From Candidatus Gygaella obscura (GTDB taxonomy: Bacteria; Omnitrophota; Gorgyraeia; Gygaellales; Gygaellaceae): a DNA stretch of 64,000 nucleotides. The stretch spans positions 166,289-230,288 of the forward strand of contig JAVCCR010000032.1 in assembly GCA_030765485.1 (NCBI GenBank), given 5' to 3'. A program made the position numbers and the translations under genes. Under the pieces are notes generated by a model. That model did no database searches and had not been told where the DNA came from. It saw only the letters and a list, made by a program, of their open reading frames with translations. The stretch's first letter is position 1, and every line of letters begins with the position of its first letter. Below are positions 56,898 through 64,000 of this stretch, piece by piece.

Positions 56898-57290
56898 ATG
56901 AAGAATAAATTTGCAACATGTATTAGCTGCATAGACGGGCGGGTACAGCTACCGGTAATTAGTTTTATCAAGAAGCATTTTAAGGTAGATTTTGTAGATA
57001 TGATAACTGAACCTGGGGTAGATAAGGTATTATCAAAAAACCAGGATAAAACTACCATTGTTGCTATAAAAAACAAAGTATCTCTTTCAGTTAAAAAACA
57101 CAATCCTAAAGTTATTGTACTTGTGGGGCACTTTGATTGTCTTGCTAATCCTGTAAGCAAGCAAATACATATTAGGCAGATAAAGCTTTCGGTTGAAATA
57201 ATTCGAAAGTGGGCTTTGAATGTTTCCGCAGCAGGCGTATGGGTAAATAGTTGTTGGCAGGCAAAGGAAGTATTAATTTATAAATATTAA
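56898..57290 (+). CDS. Small beta-carbonic-anhydrase-like protein (tentative)
   Basis: 130 aa. CISCIDGRVQ resembles the beta-CA CxDxR zinc-ligand motif and VLVGHFDC resembles the HxxC motif. It is much shorter than typical beta-CAs. Confidence 0.3.
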   Translation: MKNKFATCISCIDGRVQLPVISFIKKHFKVDFVDMITEPGVDKVLSKNQDKTTIVAIKNKVSLSVKKHNPKVIVLVGHFDCLANPVSKQIHIRQIKLSVEIIRKWALNVSAAGVWVNSCWQAKEVLIYKY

Positions 57291-57293
57291 TTT

Positions 57294-58703
57294 ATGACGG
57301 TTAAGCGCAAACGTAAAATCAATAATGATACTACTGGCGGCAATCTAAAATCTTCCATTTGGAAATTAGCTGTTCCGATGATGTTTGGGGCAGTTTTGCA
57401 TGATCTTTTTTCCTTGGCGGATTTGTTTTTTGTCGGCAGGCTCGGTCATGAAGCAGTGGCGTCTTTGACTATATCGGGGTTTATTCTTTCTGTGATAATG
57501 ATGGCGATTATCGGTATTGCTACAGGTACAACTGCCTTGATTGCACATTTTACAGGTAGAAAGGATTATGAATCTGCCGATTTAGTACTTTTTCAGACAG
57601 TGGTAGTTAGCATTGTTGGTTCTTTGATTATGGTTTTTATCGGTTTATTTGCTACTGATTTCCTGCTGCGTTTATTTGGGGCAACGCCAGAGATTATTCC
57701 TGCAGCCGCAGAGTATTTAAGAATATGTTTTGTTTGGTCGATTTTTATATTCCTTTTTATCGGTTTTAACCAGGCCCTAAGGGGTTCAGGTGATGTTGTT
57801 GTTCCTTTAAAGGTGCTTATTTTAGCTAATGTTATCAATATAATTATTGATCCGATGTTTATTTTCGGCTTTGGCATTATTCCTTCAATGGGAGTAGCTG
57901 GTTCAGCCATAGCTACTGTCTTAAGCCGCGGTATAGGAGTTTTTATTCTTTTGTTTCATTTTATGTTTGGTCATTCCAGCCTGCATTTTCGTAAGAATAT
58001 CTTTAGGCTCAATTTTATGCTTATAACTAGAATGATAAAGATCGGGTTTTTTGCTTCATTCGAGGTGTTGTTAAGACAGATTTCTATTCTTTTATTGGCT
58101 CGTCTTGTGGTTTCATTTGGTGCAGTAGCCTTAGCTGCTTTTGGTATTGCCATGAGATTGCGGATGTCTATTATTATGTTGGGTATGGGTATGGCTGATA
58201 CAGCTTCTGTATTAATCGGTCAGAATATGGGCTCAGGTAATCCCAATAGGGCGCAGAAGTCCGGCATGAAAACCTTAAAATATTTTGAATTAATGATTAT
58301 TCCAATAGCAGTGTTATTCTTTGTTTTTTCCGGGAAAATTATTGGGCTATTTAATAATTATCCTTTAGTTATAGATATAGGAAAACCCCTTTTAAAGCTG
58401 GTGGCAGTTACTCTTCCATTTTTGGCTTTGGCGCTTATTTTAGGTAGAGGCGTAACCGGAGCAGGAGATACGCTTGCACCGGCAGTAGTGACCGGCATTG
58501 CCCAGCTGGGCCTGCGTGTTCCTGTTGCTTATCTTATGGTTAGTGTTTTCGCCTTAGGCGTAAATGGTGTTTGGATGGGAATTATTGTTTCTGATATATT
58601 CCAGGGTTTGGCAATGTTATGGTATTTTAAGAAAGGATACTGGAAAAAAAGATATTATAAGCATAGAGTGATATTAGAGCAGGGCGGATTTATTGATGCA
58701 TAG
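57294..58703 (+). CDS. MATE-family efflux transporter
   Basis: 469 aa, 12 TM helices, MatE repeat pattern. Confidence 0.85.
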   Translation: MTVKRKRKINNDTTGGNLKSSIWKLAVPMMFGAVLHDLFSLADLFFVGRLGHEAVASLTISGFILSVIMMAIIGIATGTTALIAHFTGRKDYESADLVLFQTVVVSIVGSLIMVFIGLFATDFLLRLFGATPEIIPAAAEYLRICFVWSIFIFLFIGFNQALRGSGDVVVPLKVLILANVINIIIDPMFIFGFGIIPSMGVAGSAIATVLSRGIGVFILLFHFMFGHSSLHFRKNIFRLNFMLITRMIKIGFFASFEVLLRQISILLLARLVVSFGAVALAAFGIAMRLRMSIIMLGMGMADTASVLIGQNMGSGNPNRAQKSGMKTLKYFELMIIPIAVLFFVFSGKIIGLFNNYPLVIDIGKPLLKLVAVTLPFLALALILGRGVTGAGDTLAPAVVTGIAQLGLRVPVAYLMVSVFALGVNGVWMGIIVSDIFQGLAMLWYFKKGYWKKRYYKHRVILEQGGFIDA

Positions 58704-58926
58704 CCCAACATGTAATAAAAATACAATTTTTCATAGGATATAATTCTGATTTAAAGATTCTCAAGCTGTTTTAAAAATACAGGCTCTATATCAATGCTTT
58801 GTATTTGCTATTCATCTATAATTTTATACTTTGTAACACTTATTCCTCCAAGCAGTTAACGAGTAAATACTTTTGTTAATTATAGAGAAAAAATTAATAT
58901 AAATATATAAATTTTTGTCTAGGTAA

Positions 58927-58950
58927 TGTTATAATATTATATTAAGGAGA
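58927..58950 (+). promoter_or_regulatory. Extended -10 promoter element (TGtTATAAT) and AAGGAGA Shine-Dalgarno for the giant gene
   Basis: TGTTATAAT at 58927-58935 inside a ~250 bp AT-rich intergenic region. AAGGAGA at 58944-58950 lies 7 nt upstream of the codon at 58958. Confidence 0.45.
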
Positions 58951-58957
58951 TAGGCTA

Positions 58958-61900
58958 ATCAAAAAACAAATTCTTATAACAGTACTGGTTTGTTTATCCT
59001 TAGTTGTCTATGCGGGTAAAGCGTTTGCGGCAGACATAACCTGGAATTCCGCTGATGCTGGTACTTGGGGTGATGATACGAACTGGGCAGGGGGATCAAA
59101 ACCAGGGGCCGATGATACAGCAATATTTGATGGGACGGGAGCAGGAGTTTGTACTATCGATACAGACGAAGTTTGTACAGGAATTACTCTCAGCAGCGGA
59201 ACTATAAGCGTTACAACTGGCAGTCTTGATTTGAGCGGAGATTTTACGATATCCGGCGGGTCTTTTACAGCACCCAATGCTGCAGATAAATTTTATGTTG
59301 GAGGTACCTGGACTAATAACGGTGGAACATTTAATAATGGCGGTACTTCATCTGAAGTAACATTAGATGGCGCTAGTAAGAATATAGCAGGAACTGCAAC
59401 AACCACATTCAATGATCTTACCATAGATGGATCTTATTTAGCAACTACCAGCGTAACAGTAACTGATGTATTGATAATTGATTCGGACGATTCCGGTACG
59501 GATTCTTTGACATTGGATGCTACTTCTAATGCCGTTACCCTTTCGGTTGAAACTTCAATAACTATAGGAAACAATGGCGATCTGATTAATGACAATGGTA
59601 ATGATTCTGATAGGCATCTAACGCTCATCGGTACCAATGTGGGGACTCCGCTTTCCATAACTAAAGCACCGGAATTTAGACTAACCACCTATCTCCAGAA
59701 CGTAGATATACAAACAACTACTGTATTAGATACTAATGTTTCGCTTATATATTTAAATGATAGCAATTGCAATTTTGCCGGATTTACAGTTTCTACAGGT
59801 GTAGCAATTGCTGGTCTGTTTATGCAAGGTTATGATGTGAGTTTTACCGGTGATATTTCGATAGCTGGTACAATATCGGGAATACAGAATAACGGTGGGA
59901 ATATCAATGCAGGGACAAACTCCATAACCCTCAATGGAAATGATACAACTGCAACTATATCATTAGATGGAAATGGAATCCTTACCGCAGGCGCTGTCAA
60001 TGTTACTTCCGGAAAATTTGACCTTGATAGCAGTACGTGTTCGGTAGACTTTTCCGGTAATTTGACTATTGGCGCAAGCGGTACGGTAGAAGCAACAGGA
60101 TTTTCGCCGGATATTAATGTTGCCGGTAATTGGGATAACAACGGGACATTTACTGCCGGAAGTAGTAAAGTTATCCTGGATGGTACAACTAGTACGACTT
60201 TTGAAGCAGGTTCATCTAGTTATTATCAAATAGAAATAAACAAAACGGGTACTGATTCCAATGATGAGGTTACTGTTCAAACAGATACCCTGACAATGAC
60301 TAATGCTTTAACGGTGACTAACGGTGTATTGGATCAGGATATAGCAATATCTGGACCCACAGGAGTTACGATAGCAGCTGGTGGTGAATGGATAAATGAT
60401 ACTAATAGTGATGTTACGTTAGCGGGCGATGTAGCTAATGCCGGAATAGTAACGTTTAATGGGATAACGGTGAATAATGGTATAACCATAGCTTCAAGCG
60501 ATACCACAAAGCGTAACTGGCAGACTTCAGGCGCAGGTTCGTTTAGTTTTACCGATGTCACTGCATCATATCAGTCATGTACTGGTGGTAGTCCAGCTAC
60601 GATAGCTGTAACAAGCGGAACTAGCGGGGGTAACAACTTAAACTGGACGTTTGGGACGAATACGGTTACGGGAGCTGTTTATAAAGGGGTTACGCTACAG
60701 ACATCAGATCCCATTGGAGTAGTTTTTCATGACGTTAGTGCCGGAACAACTGATATTATCCTTGATAATACGAACGGCAGTGGTATTTTTGGTACGACAG
60801 TTGGAACAATAGGGGCGGGCGACATTATCGGCCTATATACTGATGATGATAACGCAGAGACAGGATGTACAGTTATTGAATGTGAATCCGGAGGAGATCA
60901 GGCTGGATTGACAATGGCTTATTATTATGTGTTTTTGTCTAGTTCAAATTTAACGAATGCGGATTTGAATGAAGTTGATGCTGACATAGATGATGAGATG
61001 AATTTTACAGTTGATGGTAGTGGGCATCTTACAACTGGAACCAGTAGCCAGTTAATGTTACAGCTGAGTGCCAATACAAATTATGTACCCGGAGGGAATG
61101 TGACCGTTCCTGGGTCAGTCGGAGATGATGGTGATATAACTCTGGGGGCTCTTGCGATAATGAATATGGAGGGAAATGATCTCAATATGACGGGTACTTT
61201 GAATGTTCAAGGTACTTTTTTACAGACGGTTGGAGGGACAACCACGATAAGTGGTGCTACAGAAGCTATTGTTGCGTCTTCGAATTTTGTTAGTGCTACT
61301 TTTTATGATCTAGATATCACGGGAACATACTCGTTAGATGATGGAGATATTAACGCTATTATGGTCTTGAATGATCTTACTGTCGGTGACGGGGCATCAT
61401 TAACCTTAGGCGGAACCGCTGGACCGCTCACAGTCACTGTTGATAACTCTATAATCTATGCCGAAGGATGTAGTGTCTCCGGGGAATATGACGAAGGTAT
61501 TATAATTTCGAATGATGACAATGCTGTTACATTGGTAGGCAATACTGGTGATGAAACCTTTGTGGGTACGGGCGGTGGTAGTGCTGAGATATTTTATGTC
61601 GCGAATAATAAGATGATCTATCTATCGGGTCTTGATGTGCAGATGCCGACGATAATCGAAGGATCAAACGGAGGAAGCTTAGCTTCTGCAGTTTCAGCTA
61701 TTACTCTTAGCGGAGCTTGTACATTTGATGCCATAACTATACAAAACGGTTTGTGGAATCTTACCAGATTTTATACTGGTGCTAATGTGTGTACAGTTGG
61801 AGGTACGATTACGGTTGATGGTAATGGTACTACTGGGGGGGCTTTTCATGTAGATAATGGAGGAACTTTGACGGCTACCGGGCAAGATATTGTTGTGAAT

Positions 61901-64000
61901 CTTGGTGGAAGCGGGTTTTGGGTAAACGGTAACGGTACGGCAACATTTGATGATATGACAAGCAGTGGTTGGACTGGATTTGCGTCTACACCGACCGGAT
62001 CTATGAATATTACCGGTAATTACACTAACACCGGGACAGTAAATTTTGGCAGCGGCGCTTGTGCTATTTCACTTGAAGGTAATTGGAACAACTCCGGTGG
62101 TGTGATCTCCAATGCCGGAAGTTCCACGATTACGCTCGATGGTAGCACAGCAAGTACAACCTTTATTGCAAAATCTGACGGCAGCGATGTCTATAACAAC
62201 ATTACGATCAACAAAACAGACGGTGATGATGGTGATGATAATGTCACATTTCAGACAAATGCGTTTACTATTGATGGAACATTAACCGTAACTGACGGTG
62301 AAGCGGTGCAGCAGGTACCTTTTACACGCGTTGATGCAGTGGATCTTGCGAATGCAGGAAAATGGACCAATACGACAGCAGGAGCTGATATAACCCTTGG
62401 CGGTAATGTTACAGGATACGGTTCGGGGCATCTTAATTTTGATGCTGCTTTCAATATCAGGTCAAGTGCAGCAACTCAACGTAATTGGGACGGTGGGCTT
62501 ACAGCAGATGCCATGTCGAACGTTGATGTGAGTTATCAGAACTGGATAACAGATAGGATAAAGGTAACCAGCGGAACAGATTCAGGCAATAACACAAACT
62601 GGGTTTTCGGTGAAAACCAGATATTCGGAACAGTTTATACAGATGATACTAAAGTTTCAACTCAGAATAGTACGGCAGTAACAGTGGTTGTCTATGATAA
62701 TTCTGCTGGGACGCAATCAATTTATACGACTACCACCCATGCCAGTGACGGAACGTATTCAGTAGGCAACGGTACTTTAGCGGAGAACGATCTCATTGGT
62801 GTTTACTTAGATACAGGTGGTGCGACAAAAGCAACATCTGTATATAAATGTGCGGGTCCAGGAGATGTTACAGGGCTTGATCTTTATGTTGGTGATCTGG
62901 TAATAAGTGGCGGTAGCATTACCACAACTAATTTAAGTAATGCCGATGATACGGATACGGATATCTTGTATTCCATAGATGGTGATGATGATTTTACCTT
63001 AAATTCCGGAGTTAATCTTTATATAGAATCCGGCGCAACACTAAATCTTGAGAGCAATAATATTGATGATATCTCCGGCAACATGACAATAGAATCGATT
63101 GGTACCTTAACCCAGGCAGGTGGGACAACGATTTTATCCGGTACAAGTAAAACTATAACCGGCGCAGGAACATATACGTTTTATAATCTTACCATAGATG
63201 GCACGTATACATTTCAGCCTTCAGCTAGTGTGACCATGACAGTTTCGGGTACATTGTTAACGAATGATTCAGGAGATACACTCAGTTTGGATGCGGATAC
63301 AGGAAATATAGATTTAGTGCTTGAGGCAAGAGCTTATGTTAATAACGGTAATATTGAAATTATATCTTCAGATGATGACACTGTTACAATTCAGGGCACA
63401 GATGATACCGTAAGAGATTTTGGTGAAGATTCCGGAGATAATTTTATTGATCTTAACGGAAGGGGTGTATATGTGCGATATCTAGATTTTAAGATGAATG
63501 CTGTTGCTGATGAGTCTGGTGATAATATTAAAGTTACTGGGCCCTGCACATTTGTAGATGTTTCTCTGCTCAATGTATGGACAGGTTTTCAGGTTTTTGA
63601 GGGTGCAACTGCTACTATAAATGGTAATGTTACAACAGCGTCGACTAGTTGGCTCTTGGTTGGCGACAATCTTGACACTGATACTATCGGTATCATGAAC
63701 GTTTCAGGAGATATCAATATTGGTGCTTCTGGTTGGCTTGGGTCTGGTTTAGCTGTGGCATATGGTGATTCAATCATTACAGCAACCAATATCGATGTAA
63801 GTAGTGGTAGTATTATTGTTGTAGATGAAGATTCGACCACAGGAAAAATAGATGTAAGTGGAAATATTACTATGTCTGGAGGGAGCGTTAAACTTACAAA
63901 TTATGGAACTATTGAACTTGAAGGTAACTGGGATAACTCGGGAACAACTTCATTTATCTCAGGAACGAGTTCCACGATTACGCTTGATGGCAGTGCGGCA
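58958..64000 (+). CDS. Giant secreted Gly/Thr/Asn-rich repeat protein (putative surface adhesin / beta-helical repeat protein), 5' part only; ORF open to the end of the window
   Basis: My own translation from 58958 gives (I)KKQILITVLVCLSLVVYAGKAFA|ADITWNSADAGTWGDDTNWAGG..., a classical signal peptide with an AFA-A cleavage site, followed by unbroken coding sequence. The ORF track reports no complete + ORF in this 5 kb stretch, which is consistent with a frame that has no stop before the window end. A module recurs, of the form GNW(D/N)N(N/S)G...(I/V)TLDG(S/T)...TTF...(Y/N)(D/N)LTIDG. I found no in-frame ATG, GTG or TTG between the upstream TAA at 58943-45 and the signal peptide. Confidence 0.65.
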   Translation, partial: MKKQILITVLVCLSLVVYAGKAFAADITWNSADAGTWGDDTNWAGGSKPGADDTAIFDGTGAGVCTIDTDEVCTGITLSSGTISVTTGSLDLSGDFTISGGSFTAPNAADKFYVGGTWTNNGGTFNNGGTSSEVTLDGASKNIAGTATTTFNDLTIDGSYLATTSVTVTDVLIIDSDDSGTDSLTLDATSNAVTLSVETSITIGNNGDLINDNGNDSDRHLTLIGTNVGTPLSITKAPEFRLTTYLQNVDIQTTTVLDTNVSLIYLNDSNCNFAGFTVSTGVAIAGLFMQGYDVSFTGDISIAGTISGIQNNGGNINAGTNSITLNGNDTTATISLDGNGILTAGAVNVTSGKFDLDSSTCSVDFSGNLTIGASGTVEATGFSPDINVAGNWDNNGTFTAGSSKVILDGTTSTTFEAGSSSYYQIEINKTGTDSNDEVTVQTDTLTMTNALTVTNGVLDQDIAISGPTGVTIAAGGEWINDTNSDVTLAGDVANAGIVTFNGITVNNGITIASSDTTKRNWQTSGAGSFSFTDVTASYQSCTGGSPATIAVTSGTSGGNNLNWTFGTNTVTGAVYKGVTLQTSDPIGVVFHDVSAGTTDIILDNTNGSGIFGTTVGTIGAGDIIGLYTDDDNAETGCTVIECESGGDQAGLTMAYYYVFLSSSNLTNADLNEVDADIDDEMNFTVDGSGHLTTGTSSQLMLQLSANTNYVPGGNVTVPGSVGDDGDITLGALAIMNMEGNDLNMTGTLNVQGTFLQTVGGTTTISGATEAIVASSNFVSATFYDLDITGTYSLDDGDINAIMVLNDLTVGDGASLTLGGTAGPLTVTVDNSIIYAEGCSVSGEYDEGIIISNDDNAVTLVGNTGDETFVGTGGGSAEIFYVANNKMIYLSGLDVQMPTIIEGSNGGSLASAVSAITLSGACTFDAITIQNGLWNLTRFYTGANVCTVGGTITVDGNGTTGGAFHVDNGGTLTATGQDIVVNLGGSGFWVNGNGTATFDDMTSSGWTGFASTPTGSMNITGNYTNTGTVNFGSGACAISLEGNWNNSGGVISNAGSSTITLDGSTASTTFIAKSDGSDVYNNITINKTDGDDGDDNVTFQTNAFTIDGTLTVTDGEAVQQVPFTRVDAVDLANAGKWTNTTAGADITLGGNVTGYGSGHLNFDAAFNIRSSAATQRNWDGGLTADAMSNVDVSYQNWITDRIKVTSGTDSGNNTNWVFGENQIFGTVYTDDTKVSTQNSTAVTVVVYDNSAGTQSIYTTTTHASDGTYSVGNGTLAENDLIGVYLDTGGATKATSVYKCAGPGDVTGLDLYVGDLVISGGSITTTNLSNADDTDTDILYSIDGDDDFTLNSGVNLYIESGATLNLESNNIDDISGNMTIESIGTLTQAGGTTILSGTSKTITGAGTYTFYNLTIDGTYTFQPSASVTMTVSGTLLTNDSGDTLSLDADTGNIDLVLEARAYVNNGNIEIISSDDDTVTIQGTDDTVRDFGEDSGDNFIDLNGRGVYVRYLDFKMNAVADESGDNIKVTGPCTFVDVSLLNVWTGFQVFEGATATINGNVTTASTSWLLVGDNLDTDTIGIMNVSGDINIGASGWLGSGLAVAYGDSIITATNIDVSSGSIIVVDEDSTTGKIDVSGNITMSGGSVKLTNYGTIELEGNWDNSGTTSFISGTSSTITLDGSAA

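Noticed and set aside
58704-58957. Possible small RNA or tRNA in the 250-bp AT-rich spacer before the giant gene
   Set aside because: There are no GC-rich stems or cloverleaf-compatible segments, and the sequence is more than 80% A/T. It is better explained as a promoter/UP-element region with an extended -10.
59008-63840. Nine short minus-strand ORFs (60-103 aa) tiled across the last 5 kb
   Set aside because: They sit opposite a single uninterrupted + strand coding frame that has a signal peptide and repeat structure. Their products are Pro/Ser/Val-rich antisense images of the Gly/Thr-rich protein.
1-64000. CRISPR arrays, IS elements, integrases, prophage genes
   Set aside because: I found no direct-repeat/spacer periodicity, and no transposase, recombinase or phage structural-protein motifs in any frame. 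The only repeats are the protein-coding modules inside the giant gene.

Overview
This 64 kb window comes from an AT-rich bacterial chromosome (GC looks mid-30s % by eye, not computed). Every credible gene lies on the + strand, with tiny gaps or 1-4 nt start/stop overlaps, so the window reads as a few long co-directional operons. There are no rRNA or tRNA genes, no CRISPR array, no transposase or IS element, and no integrase.

1. **Positions 1-17036, cell-envelope and division neighbourhood.** This holds the 3' end of ftsA, a YggS-family PLP protein gene, proC, an MTA phosphorylase gene, ileS, a dksA-like gene, lspA, rluD, a coiled-coil membrane protein, aroA, mreB-mreC-mreD, the PBP2 gene mrdA, rodA and a B12/radical-SAM enzyme gene.

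2. **Positions 17037-38315, a ~21 kb type IV pilus (T4P) locus.** It sits behind a near-consensus sigma70 promoter and is unusually saturated with c-di-GMP signalling parts:
   - a membrane GAF protein with a degenerate GGDEF domain (RFGYSDF) that keeps its RxxD I-site;
   - two standalone MshEN / T2SSE_N c-di-GMP-receptor-type domain proteins;
   - two tandem full-length PilB/GspE ATPases, each carrying an MshEN-like N-terminal domain;
   - a 1387-aa protein that fuses a GGDEF domain (RYAGDEF, with an RxxD I-site) to an AAA16/STAND-type P-loop NTPase and C-terminal HEAT-like repeats;
   - pilC, two prepilin-like genes, an 862-aa PilX-N-like protein with an EF-hand/dockerin-like Ca loop, pilN, pilO, pilP, pilQ, a secreted coiled-coil + TPR protein, pilM and an orphan GroES-like gene.

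3. **Positions 38317-58703, metabolic and membrane genes.** Phosphotransacetylase is split into a regulatory gene and a catalytic gene, followed by ackA, panD, a flippase-like membrane protein, an NYN/YacP protein, an MBL hydrolase, a TM-helix-repeat membrane protein, a CheY-like single-domain regulator with a TrkA-C membrane partner, a PG-binding lipoprotein, mlaE, a small lipoprotein gene, mlaF, mlaD, a truncated amino-acid permease remnant, a CPA-family cation antiporter with a CBS-domain pair, gcvT-H-PA-PB, lipA, a SAM methyltransferase, a mini beta-carbonic-anhydrase-like protein and a MATE transporter.

4. **Positions 58704-64000, giant repeat-protein gene.** An AT-rich promoter region with an extended -10 precedes a giant gene for a secreted Gly/Thr/Asn-rich repeat protein. 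It runs off the window after more than 1680 codons. It appears to start at a non-AUG (AUC) codon, placed where the Met of a textbook MKKQ signal peptide would be.

The most interesting candidate system is the pilus locus with its embedded c-di-GMP sensor/effector set, especially the GGDEF-STAND-HEAT fusion.
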